This document shows, piece by piece, positions 19,684 through 29,336 of a stretch of DNA of 64,000 nucleotides. The position numbers were made by a program, and so were the translations under genes. Origin of the DNA: Bdellovibrionales bacterium (GTDB lineage Bacteria; Bdellovibrionota; UBA1018; CAIMNF01); contig CANHQK010000007.1 in assembly GCA_947462765.1 (NCBI GenBank), positions 1,438 to 65,437 on the forward strand, given 5' to 3'. Position 1 is the stretch's first letter, and each line of letters starts with the position of its first letter. The notes under the pieces are model-generated. The model saw nothing but the letters and a program-made list of their open reading frames with translations. It did no database searches and was not told the DNA's origin.

Positions 19684-20513
19684 TTGTGTCTTGGCTCCCA
19701 CAGGTTTTGCAGCCACATGCCGAGTTGTTGCGAGAGCAGGGTCAGTAAGGTGGCTGTTAGGATGCAGGCTTCGATGACCGGGTAGTCCCGGCTCAATATG
19801 GAATCCGCGAGGAGACTTCCTATACCCCTCCATTGAAACAGCACCTCTACGATCAGACTTCCGTTCAGCAAAGTCCCGAGTTGAGTCCCGAAGTAAAGCA
19901 GAAGAGAGCCGGAGACGGGGGCTAATAATGCCCTGAAAAAGACACGATCTTCGGGAAAACCGAGCGCGCGCGCGCCAGCCACCGGACTCCTCGGAAGGAA
20001 TCCGTCTAGCTTTCTCGAGACCGCACGGTACCAGAAGCCGGACAGGTGAAAGGATAGGGTCAGAGCAGGGAGAAAGGGGTTCGGTAGGGGCAGATTGCGT
20101 AGCAGGACAGGTCCGATCACGAACAAAGGCAGGGATGCCGACAGCAGAGAGAAGCCTTGGGTGAACCGGCGACTGGACGGATGACGGAAGTGCAGATAGG
20201 CCAGTCCGAGCGCCCAAGGTATGCTCAGGAACAGGGTCAGGAGTGTCAGAGAACCCGACTTTCCGATTGCCTCAAAGAGGAGGGTTCCGAGAGGTGGCTG
20301 CTTCACGAGGGATTGCATCGAGGGTTTGGAAAAGATCCTGTCCCAGGGGGTCCCGTTCAGATCCATTCTGGTGCGCAACTCCACAGGATCGATTTTCACC
20401 AGGGACTCGTGAACAAGAAAGTCCACTGGGTCTCCCGGTAAAAGATAAATCGCTGATCGCGAAACGCCCCACACGAGTGCAATCACGATCAGGATCCTGA
20501 AAAAAGCACTCAT
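19680..20513 (-). CDS. ABC transporter permease (DppB/OppB-like)
   Basis: MSAFFRILIVIALVWGVSRSAIYLLPGDPVDF opening, EAA loop (PRSPVAGARALGFPEDRV). Confidence 0.8.
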   Translation of the reverse strand: MSAFFRILIVIALVWGVSRSAIYLLPGDPVDFLVHESLVKIDPVELRTRMDLNGTPWDRIFSKPSMQSLVKQPPLGTLLFEAIGKSGSLTLLTLFLSIPWALGLAYLHFRHPSSRRFTQGFSLLSASLPLFVIGPVLLRNLPLPNPFLPALTLSFHLSGFWYRAVSRKLDGFLPRSPVAGARALGFPEDRVFFRALLAPVSGSLLLYFGTQLGTLLNGSLIVEVLFQWRGIGSLLADSILSRDYPVIEACILTATLLTLLSQQLGMWLQNLWEPRHK

Positions 20514-21223
20514 GGTTGGAGCGAGGCCTCCGCTTTTTCACGCGTAGTCAGGAGTACCGTTTTGCCGAGAGCGGGAACCTCGACCTTGACCGCGTCACCT
20601 TTCGGAGTCACCCACCAGAACGCGATGATGCGGTTGAATTCGATCCGCAGTTTCCGAGTCTTCGTTTCTTTTGCGAACTCGTCCGGTTTCATCTCGTAGG
20701 CGCTTCCACGGAACACTGGGATTTGGTCATCCACCTGGTCCTCGACAATCGACTGGAACTCGATCGGTTGGACCCCCGAGATCCGCTTGGCATTCTTGTG
20801 GATCCAGACCGGAAAAAAGGAGGAGAAAAAAAGCTTGGGGACCATTTCAGCCCGGAGGGGGCGGTTCTGCCGGATCCCCACTTTCGATTTGATCGAGAAC
20901 ACCTTCCCGTTGGAGGAGACCGTCCCGTCGATGATCTTTTCCTCACCGTTCACCTGGGTCCGGAAGTTGTAGAAAAGGGGCTCGAGAAGTGGCGAATTTT
21001 TGGCGGTCGCGCCGAGGTTCTCGCTCCGGATGCGCTTCCCCTCCCGGATCCACTTATTCACTTGAATTTTGGCCCGATCTCCCTTCGTTTCGGCTTTTTC
21101 GTTATAGTAAGACTGTGGGGTGCCGCCTTCCGACTCGATGTACCAATTGTCCCAGAGCACATCTGCATGAGCGGAAGTGAGGGGCAAAATCAGTGCGAGG
21201 AGAAGCTGGCGGGAAATTGACAT
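20510..21223 (-). CDS. Secreted hypothetical protein (first gene of the permease operon)
   Basis: Signal peptide MSISRQLLLALILPLTSAHA. Stop overlaps the permease start (ATGA). Confidence 0.5.
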   Translation of the reverse strand: MSISRQLLLALILPLTSAHADVLWDNWYIESEGGTPQSYYNEKAETKGDRAKIQVNKWIREGKRIRSENLGATAKNSPLLEPLFYNFRTQVNGEEKIIDGTVSSNGKVFSIKSKVGIRQNRPLRAEMVPKLFFSSFFPVWIHKNAKRISGVQPIEFQSIVEDQVDDQIPVFRGSAYEMKPDEFAKETKTRKLRIEFNRIIAFWWVTPKGDAVKVEVPALGKTVLLTTREKAEASLQP

Positions 21224-21305
21224 GGGGAGCCTCCGGGGGAGTGGTTTCCGGTTCAGGCTAACTCATTTCAGTTATTAAGGAAAGATGCCGAAGAGCTGAC
21301 GGGAG

Positions 21306-22235
21306 ATGCACATGAATGCGTTGATCGAGTACCGCACATTGGTTCTGTATGCCGGCTACGCCTTGATCGGTTTAGCGACCTTCATCCTCGGGAACATGTT
21401 GCTTTCCGAGCAGGAGAACATGAATGCGAGCGAGAATCTCCGTCAACTCGACGGTAAGAAAACCTCGAACGACTTCGTACGGCTCACTCGCCCGTTTTTC
21501 TCGCAATACATCGTCCCGGCGATCCGGAGCAAATCTAGATTCGACGAAGCGAGGCTGAAATACAGGCGTAAAATCATTAGTGGCGGGCTGAAGGATGAAC
21601 TCACTGCCGACGAATTCATCGCGTTCAAGATCATGCTCGTGGTGGTATTTCCCATCGTGGGAGGGTTTGTTCGTGCGCTCGACCTCGCTGACATTCCGAA
21701 CTATGTGATGATCTTCCTCCCCGTCATCGGTTACTTCTATCCTGACTTCTGGGTGAACGGCCGGATCAAGGTCCGTCATGCCCAAGTGATCAAGTCCATG
21801 CCCTTCGTCGTGGATCTGCTCGCCTTGTCTACCGAAGCGGGCCTGGACTTCATCGGAGCGATCCAGAAAGTGGTCGAAAAAGCCGCACCCGGTCCATTCA
21901 TCGATGAGATGGAACAGGTTCTGAAGGAGATCAAGGTCGGGTCATCCCGCTCGGAGGCTCTTCGGGAGATGGCCTTCCGGATCAATCTCCAGGAGGTCAA
22001 TTCTTTTGTCGCGGTCCTCTGTTCGGCCGATCAAATGGGGGCATCGATCGGCAAAGTTCTTCGCCAGCAGTCGGATCAGATCCGGACCCTTCGTTTCGTG
22101 CGAGCCGAGAAGGCGGGTGCGCTTGCCACACAAAAACTGATGTTTCCGACCTTTGCACTGATTCTACCTGCGATTCTCATCATGATGCTGATGCCGTTCG
22201 GACTGCAGGCCTACATGAACGGGGGAGGCGGCTGA
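21306..22235 (+). CDS. Tad/Flp pilus assembly inner-membrane platform protein (TadB/TadC-like, T2SS-F domain)
   Basis: GspF-like domain (FVVDLLALSTEAGLDFIGAIQKV...SRSEALREMA) with TM segments at both ends. Confidence 0.75.
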   Translation: MHMNALIEYRTLVLYAGYALIGLATFILGNMLLSEQENMNASENLRQLDGKKTSNDFVRLTRPFFSQYIVPAIRSKSRFDEARLKYRRKIISGGLKDELTADEFIAFKIMLVVVFPIVGGFVRALDLADIPNYVMIFLPVIGYFYPDFWVNGRIKVRHAQVIKSMPFVVDLLALSTEAGLDFIGAIQKVVEKAAPGPFIDEMEQVLKEIKVGSSRSEALREMAFRINLQEVNSFVAVLCSADQMGASIGKVLRQQSDQIRTLRFVRAEKAGALATQKLMFPTFALILPAILIMMLMPFGLQAYMNGGGG

Positions 22236-22600
22236 TGCGCGTACTCCGGATCGTCCGCCAGCAAGATGGAGCGGTGGTGGCCCACCGGGCCCGCATCGCG
22301 GACGGTTTCTTGAGTCGTTTGAGAGGTCTGATCGGAACCACGAGGTTTACCGAGGGGGAAGGTTTGCTCTTTCCCCGGTGTAACAGCATTCATATGTGGA
22401 TGATGAGCATCCCGATCGATGCTGTTTTTCTGGGTAAGTGTGAGGCGGGTTGGAGAGTGCTCAGTACTCATCCGAGTCTGAAGCCCTGGAAGATCCTTCC
22501 AGTGGGTAATGGTAAAGCGGAGGATGTTCTCGAACTTCCTGTCGGGACCGTCGAGCGCCTCAAGATCCGTCACGGGGAGGTGTTATGCATCGTCTCGTGA
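22235..22600 (+). CDS. DUF192 (COG1430) family protein
   Basis: CNSIHMWMMSIPIDAVFL...VLELPVGT matches the DUF192 core (SIHTFGM.F.IDv.FLd). Overlaps the upstream stop. Confidence 0.55.
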   Translation: MRVLRIVRQQDGAVVAHRARIADGFLSRLRGLIGTTRFTEGEGLLFPRCNSIHMWMMSIPIDAVFLGKCEAGWRVLSTHPSLKPWKILPVGNGKAEDVLELPVGTVERLKIRHGEVLCIVS

Positions 22601-24252
22601 TTGTTGCAGGTCCGAACCGCGGGAGTGCATTCTCTCTGATCGAGGGAGAGAACACGATCGGCCGCCAGATGGATAACCATATCGTGCTCACCTCTTCGAA
22701 AGTATCCAAGCGGCACTGCGCGCTACTGGTTACCACGCAAGAGGTCATTTTGAGAGATGAGGGAAGCACCAACGGGACTTTTGTCAATGGTGCACTCTCC
22801 CGACGGCACACCATGAAACCCGGTGACAAGCTCGGTGTCGGAGAGTTTGTTCTGGAACTCGTACGTTCCGGGGTGCCCGCCCAGGTCTCGACGGGGCAGA
22901 CCGGATCGTTTTCCAATCCGCTCGACAGCGGGATGCTCCCTTCGAATCCGTTTGATCTCTCCGGTGGAGCCGGAGCCCTGGCTCTGCCGGGAGCCGCAAC
23001 CGCTCCGCTGAGATCCGGACCGGCTAACCTTCAGGAAGCCACTTTCGATGATCTCGCTCCGAAACAGGAGCTGCCCGAGGACCTTCCTGGCAAGCTCAAA
23101 TTCCTGTTCGAGGGCAAGATCATGCCCACATTCTATGGCATGCTGATGAAGAGTGAGCTCGGCAATATCCTCGCCGGCTTGCTCGGTATTGCCCTTTTGA
23201 TCTCTGTGTTCGCGTCGGTGATGCCCATGGAGAACATGGCCGAGCAGGGGATCCAGCGGGAAGCCAAAATACGCGGAACCGTCCTGGCTCGCGAGGTAGC
23301 GGATCGTTACGCTCCCCATTTCGTCAACCATACCGAATCACAAATCGATTTTTCGCTCCTCACGCAAGAGGAGAGCATCAAGATCGTCGCGCTCCTCAAC
23401 ATGGACCTCAACATCGTGGCTCCCCAGGCCCGTCTGGGGCAGTTGTTTTCAGTCGGTGGGGAGGCTGCCTTCGCCCGGAAAATGGTCAAGGAATACCGCG
23501 AGGGCCGTGAAAAAGGCGGCGGTATGTTTCTCGATGCCCACACCTATGTGCACATCGAGCCCATCAAGGCAGCGGATCCCCGGACCTACGCCAATGAGGT
23601 GGTCGCCCTTGCGCTCGTATCCATCGATTTTTCGCGCAATATGGTCACCGCTGGAGGCCTCGAAATCGCCTATGGCTCGGCCATCATTTATACGGCCATC
23701 ATCGGCCTGATTTTTTACTTCATCCTGTTGCGTCTGATCCAGAAGCCCTACGAGGTCATGAACGATGACCTCGACCAGGTGTTGAGGGGAGAGATTCCGA
23801 GGGTCACCAAGGAGTTCAAGCTGGGTCATCTCGAGAAGCTCTGGGACAACGTCAATGCCGCTGTTCAGAGGATGGGAAAGGGAGACTCCTCTGTAGAGGA
23901 GGGGACCGTGCTTTGGGATCAGGAATTCGCACCCTGGTTGGCGGTCGCGGAAGCCGGTCAAATGGGACTGATCGGCTTTGACGCCAATCTGATCATGGTG
24001 ACCGTGAACCCGTTTTTTTCGGATTTAAGTGGCATCCGAGGTGATTCGGTGGGGCAGACCCTGTCCCAAGTCGGTGATCAAGCCATGATTTCACTGGTGA
24101 CCGAGATGAAAAGCGGTGCGGAGCGCTCCGGTAGCCGGACCACTTCCGATAAGTTCGAGTTTCAGGGGATCGACTATTCGGTCGTCGCCACCCTGGTCGG
24201 TCCGAAAGACCAGGCCGGGATCGCCCTCCTGTTCAGAAAGAAGGAGTCCTGA
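22585..24252 (+). CDS. FHA-domain membrane protein (N-terminal FHA, Pro/Ala linker, TM helix, extracytoplasmic domain)
   Basis: FHA motif GRQMDNHIVL...SKRHCALL...LRDEGSTNGTFVNG. TM segment GLLGIALLISVFASV. Confidence 0.8.
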   Translation: MHRLVIVAGPNRGSAFSLIEGENTIGRQMDNHIVLTSSKVSKRHCALLVTTQEVILRDEGSTNGTFVNGALSRRHTMKPGDKLGVGEFVLELVRSGVPAQVSTGQTGSFSNPLDSGMLPSNPFDLSGGAGALALPGAATAPLRSGPANLQEATFDDLAPKQELPEDLPGKLKFLFEGKIMPTFYGMLMKSELGNILAGLLGIALLISVFASVMPMENMAEQGIQREAKIRGTVLAREVADRYAPHFVNHTESQIDFSLLTQEESIKIVALLNMDLNIVAPQARLGQLFSVGGEAAFARKMVKEYREGREKGGGMFLDAHTYVHIEPIKAADPRTYANEVVALALVSIDFSRNMVTAGGLEIAYGSAIIYTAIIGLIFYFILLRLIQKPYEVMNDDLDQVLRGEIPRVTKEFKLGHLEKLWDNVNAAVQRMGKGDSSVEEGTVLWDQEFAPWLAVAEAGQMGLIGFDANLIMVTVNPFFSDLSGIRGDSVGQTLSQVGDQAMISLVTEMKSGAERSGSRTTSDKFEFQGIDYSVVATLVGPKDQAGIALLFRKKES

Positions 24253-24255
24253 TCC

Positions 24256-25311
24256 ATGATCCGCGACAAGGTCTTCCGATTCAATAAAGCCGAGGTTCCC
24301 CGCCAAGCGGGCGAATTCGCGCGCTTGCGAGTCGTCAAGGGCCCGGATCTCGGAGCGACCTTCGTGGTGAAGGAGTCCTCGTTCACGGTAGGGCGCGGCG
24401 AGACGGTCGACATCATCCTGGCCGACCCGAAAGCCTCGCGGAGTCATGCTCGGATTGAGTTCACCCACGAGGGGTGGTTGGTGAGCGACCTGGGTTCGGC
24501 AAACGGCGTCTTTTTCTCGGGAGAGTTCGTCCGGAAGTTCAAATTGAAGAGCGGGGACCACTTCACCATAGGTGACAGCGTCCTCGAGTTCCTGATGAGT
24601 CGCGAGTCGGATCGCGCTCTCATGGCCCCTGTCAAAGAGAATCAAGATATCGAGCGTCTTGATGTGGCCCTCGCGCAACAGAAGGTCAGGGTCAAGAACA
24701 TTTCGAAGCCGGTTGCCGGGGTTCAGAAAAAAAAGCAGGAAAAGCGTAGTCCGTTGCTTCTCGTGGTGATCGGTCTCGGTGTCGCGGGCTACCTTTATCC
24801 TGATGAGGCGAGGCCACTCCTTGAGGATTTCGGTCTCGGCATGGTGGCGGATTTTCTTCCGGAAACTCCCAAGTCGAAATCCGGTAAGGCGAAAAAAGCA
24901 GGCAAGGATGGCGAGAAAAAAGATGCCGAGGTCCGCGAGGTCGCCTCATTGGCCCCTTCTGAAGTGTCCCGTGAGGTCGAAAAAACCGCCGACCAACACT
25001 TCGCGCTCGGCTTCAGGGAGTATACGGCTGGAAACTACGTCCGCGCCAAAGAAGCCTTCGAACTCGCCCTTCAGGTCAACCCTCACCATGGCCGCGCAAG
25101 GTATTACCTGATGCATTCCGAGCACGAGAACCGCGAGGAGATTCGGAAGATCATCGAGTCGGCGCGAATCGCCCGGGAATTCGGCAGGACCAGAAAGGCC
25201 ATCGGTCTTTATGAAACAGCCATCCGGCATCTTTATTTCGACAGGGAAAACCCGTTGTATATCGAATGTGAGGCAGCCTTGAAAGAGCTGAAGAAGGTGG
25301 AGTCTCAATGA
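24256..25311 (+). CDS. FHA-domain membrane protein with C-terminal TPR-like region
   Basis: FHA motif GRGETVDIIL...SRSHARIEF...VSDLGSANGVFFSG. TM segment LLLVVIGLGVAGYLY. Lys-rich segment and a helical TPR-like tail. Confidence 0.8.
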   Translation: MIRDKVFRFNKAEVPRQAGEFARLRVVKGPDLGATFVVKESSFTVGRGETVDIILADPKASRSHARIEFTHEGWLVSDLGSANGVFFSGEFVRKFKLKSGDHFTIGDSVLEFLMSRESDRALMAPVKENQDIERLDVALAQQKVRVKNISKPVAGVQKKKQEKRSPLLLVVIGLGVAGYLYPDEARPLLEDFGLGMVADFLPETPKSKSGKAKKAGKDGEKKDAEVREVASLAPSEVSREVEKTADQHFALGFREYTAGNYVRAKEAFELALQVNPHHGRARYYLMHSEHENREEIRKIIESARIAREFGRTRKAIGLYETAIRHLYFDRENPLYIECEAALKELKKVESQ

Positions 25312-27563
25312 GCGGGTCTTTACGTTTGGAAGTATTTCAAAATGGCGAGCTCCTCCGGACCATCCCTTTCGACGGACAGGAGCTCTGGTTCGGGCGTGAC
25401 GAGGATTGCTCAGTCCGGCTGGATGATCGAGCGATTTCGCGTAAGCACGCGCTGATCCGTTCCACATCGAACGGGATTGAATTCGAGAAGAAATCGAAAT
25501 TCGGCATGGTCCGACTGAACGGCAAGGAGACCGATCATGCCCTGATCCAGGGGGGCGAACGTCTGGAGCTCGGCTCCTTTGAGATCCGTTTTGTCAAAGA
25601 GGGTGCCGTTCTTACGAAGCAAGTCCAGGAGGTTCAGACAACAGCTGCGGTGGCGATGACTGAGCCTGCTCTCACCGAGCCGGTGATCACCGAACCGGAA
25701 GCCGAAGAAGCTTCCGCTCCCGCCGAAAACGATCCTTTCGCAACCCCTGCCTCACAAGAGGATGGATTTCAAGCCGAGACGGCGGATCCGTTCCAGACGC
25801 CTGAGAGTGAGCCAGTCTCCTCGGGCGCCACCCGTAGTTTTGATTTCGCCGAAGTCGATCAGGATGGCGCCACCCGCGTCTTTAAGAGTCCCTCGAGGAC
25901 CATGAAGCCGATCCTCGAGTTCGGCGATGGAACGGCCAGTATGGGCTTTTACGAGATCGCCGATCCCGAGATCGCGATTGGTCGATCCCAAAAGTGCCAT
26001 GTGGTGCTCGAAGACAAGCGCTCTTCCCGCAAGCATGCGTTGATCATTGAGCGAGGGAAAAAGTATTTCCTGAAGGACCTCGGCTCGGCCAACGGTACCC
26101 TGCTCAATGGAGAGCGGGTGGATGAGCAGGAGCTACACAGTGGAGATGTCATCCGGATCGGTGACACCCAGTTCACCTTCAAGATGGTCCAAAGCGACTA
26201 TGAGCAGAAAAAAGCGGAGTTTTTCCAGGTTCCTCAAGAGCCCGAGCCCCCCGTGATGGCGGATGGATTTCCAGCTGCAGTTTCGCAGGCGCCTGTAGCT
26301 ACCATGTCTTCTCCGGCCATGGGAGGGATGTTCCCGGCATATTCCCAGGAAGTGTCGCATTCCGGGCCTGAAATTGCCGAGCCCATCGCAACCCCGGACT
26401 TCACCGTTCCCGAGGAGGAGACCCAAAGCATTCTCGGGAAACTCATCCAGCGGTACCGGATGCTCAATACCAAGCAGCAGGTGATCTACGGCCTGGTGGT
26501 TTTGGCGGGGATTTATTTTATTTTTGACGAGCCTCCCCCTGCGGTCAAAGCGGTAGACCCGGTGGCGGAGCAAAAAAAGGCTCAGAAGAAAGCCGAGAAA
26601 AAGCCAGGGGGTGGAGTCACCTACGAGATGTTGACCAAGGACCAGAAGGACTATGTCGATGCCCAGTATGATCTCGCCTTCGAACATTACAAGAATCGGG
26701 ATTATGATAAATCCCTTTTCGAGCTCGACAAGATTTTCAAGATCGTTCAGGAGCACAAGCGGGCGCGTGAAATTGAAACCTATGCCCGGGAGGCCAAGAG
26801 GAGGCTGGAAGCGCAGGAAGAGGACCGGAAGCGGAAGGAGCAGGAGCGCCAGGCCCGCCTCAAACTCGAAGAGCTACTGAGCCGTTCTGGAAGTCTGATG
26901 GACGAGGGTCGATACAAAGAGGCGGAGGAATTGTTCCCAGAAATTGAGATTCTCGAGCCCGAGAACGCGGCGGTATCGGCATGGAGGAAAAAGATCCTCG
27001 AAGAATCGGAGAAAAAGAAAGCCGAAGAGGAGATCCGGCAACGGCTCGGGGCCATCCTTGCCAAAGCCAAGGTAGACGCGGAAACCGCCGAGGGTCTTTT
27101 CAAGGAAAAGCGCTATGTGGATGCACTCGAAATCCTGGATGAGGTGGTCGAGCGTCAGGATCTGGACCCGAAATTCGTCAAGTCGATTGAGGGCAGGATC
27201 AAGGATATCGAGAAAGTCATGGCATCCGAACGCGATCCCCATATCGAAAACGGCAAGCGTCTTGAGGCAGATGGAAAGCTGGGAGAGGCGCATCGTGAAT
27301 ATAAAATGGCGATTTCCATCGATCCATCCGACAGCGAAGGTCCTGCCGGAATCAAGAGGATCCAAGGACAATTGAATTCGATGGCCAAGGCGATCTATTC
27401 TGACGGAGTGATCGCCGAGGGTTTCGGGGATTACGACGTCGCCGAAAAGAAGTACAGAGAGGTCATCGAAACGGTGCCCAGTGATAACTCTTATCACGTC
27501 AAAGCCAAGGCGAGGCTGAAGGTGTTCTCAACCCTGCGCAAGGTGCAGGAGGGCGGACGATGA
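25308..27563 (+). CDS. Tandem-FHA membrane protein with coiled-coil/TPR C-terminus
   Basis: Two FHA domains (GRDEDCSVRL..SRKHALI and GRSQKCHVVL..SRKHALI..DLGSANGTLLNG). TM segment VIYGLVVLAGIYFIF. Long Glu/Lys coiled coil. Start overlaps the previous stop. Confidence 0.8.
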   Translation: MSGSLRLEVFQNGELLRTIPFDGQELWFGRDEDCSVRLDDRAISRKHALIRSTSNGIEFEKKSKFGMVRLNGKETDHALIQGGERLELGSFEIRFVKEGAVLTKQVQEVQTTAAVAMTEPALTEPVITEPEAEEASAPAENDPFATPASQEDGFQAETADPFQTPESEPVSSGATRSFDFAEVDQDGATRVFKSPSRTMKPILEFGDGTASMGFYEIADPEIAIGRSQKCHVVLEDKRSSRKHALIIERGKKYFLKDLGSANGTLLNGERVDEQELHSGDVIRIGDTQFTFKMVQSDYEQKKAEFFQVPQEPEPPVMADGFPAAVSQAPVATMSSPAMGGMFPAYSQEVSHSGPEIAEPIATPDFTVPEEETQSILGKLIQRYRMLNTKQQVIYGLVVLAGIYFIFDEPPPAVKAVDPVAEQKKAQKKAEKKPGGGVTYEMLTKDQKDYVDAQYDLAFEHYKNRDYDKSLFELDKIFKIVQEHKRAREIETYAREAKRRLEAQEEDRKRKEQERQARLKLEELLSRSGSLMDEGRYKEAEELFPEIEILEPENAAVSAWRKKILEESEKKKAEEEIRQRLGAILAKAKVDAETAEGLFKEKRYVDALEILDEVVERQDLDPKFVKSIEGRIKDIEKVMASERDPHIENGKRLEADGKLGEAHREYKMAISIDPSDSEGPAGIKRIQGQLNSMAKAIYSDGVIAEGFGDYDVAEKKYREVIETVPSDNSYHVKAKARLKVFSTLRKVQEGGR

Positions 27564-28288
27564 CAGCTGGAAGCCGTTCGCGGATTCCGCTCAGCTTTGC
27601 CGAGGGGTTTCAGACTCAGGGGGATACGCCTGTACAAGAGGACTACTTCGAGTTGAATCCTGAGAGAGGAATTTACATCTTGGCTGACGGGTTCGGCGGA
27701 TCCCTCGGTGCACGAGCGGCTGAAACCGTGGTGAAATCCGTTCGTCAGTACCTCGAGCATGAAGCAGGGGACCTCGATGCAACCATGCCTTTTGAGCTTC
27801 GTCCCTATTATTCCCTGGCCGGCAACGTGCTGTTCAATGCGGTCGCATTTGCAAACCAGAAAATCATGGAGATGAATCGGGGTCGGAACTGGCAGGACTC
27901 GGGGGGTGCTAGTTTGGTGGCAGGCTACCTCGAAGGCCGACTGCTGTCGGTGGCTCGCGTGGGCGCTTGTCGCTTGAGGCTCAAGCGGGGCGGCCAGGTG
28001 AAAGAGCTGATTCCCGCGAGGAGTCTTCTCAGGCAAACCGATCCGATGAGTGAGGAAGGTCCGGGCGATTCCGTGCCACTGATGAGTTTCGGCACATCCC
28101 GGTCGCTCGAGCCCGAGATGACAGAACTCGAGCTCAGGTCCGGAGATCAAGTGTTCTTTGAGACCGGTGGTGTACGTCAAGCCTGGCGTCAAAAGATCCA
28201 CGCCCTCAATGATCCTCATGGACTCAAAGGGCTTCTGGATTCCCTTGAATCCCCGGGGAATGCGTCGATGATTTGGCTCGGCTTTTAA
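27560..28288 (+). CDS. PP2C-family (PPM) Ser/Thr protein phosphatase
   Basis: Metal-binding motif GIYILADGFGGSLGARAAE. Overlaps the previous stop (ATGA). Confidence 0.8.
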   Translation: MTAGSRSRIPLSFAEGFQTQGDTPVQEDYFELNPERGIYILADGFGGSLGARAAETVVKSVRQYLEHEAGDLDATMPFELRPYYSLAGNVLFNAVAFANQKIMEMNRGRNWQDSGGASLVAGYLEGRLLSVARVGACRLRLKRGGQVKELIPARSLLRQTDPMSEEGPGDSVPLMSFGTSRSLEPEMTELELRSGDQVFFETGGVRQAWRQKIHALNDPHGLKGLLDSLESPGNASMIWLGF

Positions 28289-28309
28289 TTATACGAACCC
28301 TGTGTAACA

Positions 28310-28519
28310 ATGTACACAGGGGGTCTCTTGAGCCAGAAAAGGAAGTCCGGACAAGCAGTCGTCGAATACATCGTGCTCCTGACCATGGTTGTCGGGATCA
28401 TGGTCGCTTTTTTGCGGGCAGTGAACGGTTCTTTCAATAAAGCGGTGCCGAGGATGGGGGGAGCCATCGAGCGGCAATTGCGTACCGGGGCCGCTTCTGC
28501 AGGAGTGTGGAGAAAGTGA
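28310..28519 (+). CDS. Flp-family type IVb prepilin
   Basis: Short leader, then G|QAVVEYIVLLTMVVGIMVA (Glu+5/Tyr+6 after the predicted cleavage). 69 aa. Confidence 0.6.
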   Translation: MYTGGLLSQKRKSGQAVVEYIVLLTMVVGIMVAFLRAVNGSFNKAVPRMGGAIERQLRTGAASAGVWRK

Positions 28520-28794
28520 AGAGGAGCGACCTGGGGCAGGCCGTGGTCGAGTACATCATCCTGCTAGCAATCCTGGTCGGGCTTTACGGAGCGATGATTC
28601 GTCAGCTGGGTGAACGGGAAGTGTTCAAAAAGATGCAAAAGCCCCTGACGAAGGACTTTGCTGCGACTTACCGTTACGGACATCCGAAGGCGAAAGGAAT
28701 GGACGACGGGGGACCTGTCAACATTCCGACGGTTCAGAGCAAAGGCTACGATGACCAGAACTTCAGGATTTTTTACAATCCGACGATAGAGTGA
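28507..28794 (+). CDS. Flp-like prepilin, second copy
   Basis: G|QAVVEYIILLAILVGLYGAM leader/hydrophobic segment. 95 aa. Confidence 0.6.
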   Translation: MEKVKRSDLGQAVVEYIILLAILVGLYGAMIRQLGEREVFKKMQKPLTKDFAATYRYGHPKAKGMDDGGPVNIPTVQSKGYDDQNFRIFYNPTIE

Positions 28795-29336
28795 GTGAGA
28801 TGAAGCGCGAAAACATTCAGAAAAACAAGGAGGGACAGGCGGTGATCGAGTTCATTCTCGGACTCTTGATCGTCATCTCTTTTTTCTTTTTCTATGTCAG
28901 ATTGAGTGCTGTTTTCGCGATCTCGAATTACATCCAGTATGCCACCTTCATGTCCGCGAGAACGCTCGCCTCCTCTGCAAAAGACCAAATGGTCCAGGAG
29001 GAGAACGCCAAACAGGTCCTCCAGTCGATGGTGAGTGGGAAGTTCAAAGGCCTGATCAAGCCCAAGTCTGGAGACGGGTTGTTTGTCGGAGCAGGGAACT
29101 ATTTCAACAGTCTCGGGCCCATTGAAGAGTGGAATCATGGAGCCTCTTATCAGTTTTCAGCCAAACTTTCATTCTATCCTTTCAGTGCGAACGACCAAGC
29201 GGTTCTGTTGGACCTGACCAGTGAGAGCTGGATGCCCCGCGACCGGAGCGAGGATGAGTGTGAGCGTGCCAAATCGAAGATCGAGGCTATGACCGGAGTT
29301 CAGAATGTCAAAGTGGAGTGGGACAATGGATGCTGA
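28791..29336 (+). CDS. TadE-like pseudopilin
   Basis: G|QAVIEFILGLLIVISFFFF class-III signal plus hydrophobic N-terminus. 181 aa. Confidence 0.6.
   Translation: MSEMKRENIQKNKEGQAVIEFILGLLIVISFFFFYVRLSAVFAISNYIQYATFMSARTLASSAKDQMVQEENAKQVLQSMVSGKFKGLIKPKSGDGLFVGAGNYFNSLGPIEEWNHGASYQFSAKLSFYPFSANDQAVLLDLTSESWMPRDRSEDECERAKSKIEAMTGVQNVKVEWDNGC

Noticed and set aside
18922-20217. 431-aa annotated ORF as a single DppC protein
   Set aside because: The N-terminal 178 aa overlap the upstream permease gene in another frame and lack TM helices. A GTG at 19683 overlapping the upstream stop gives a normal-length DppC.
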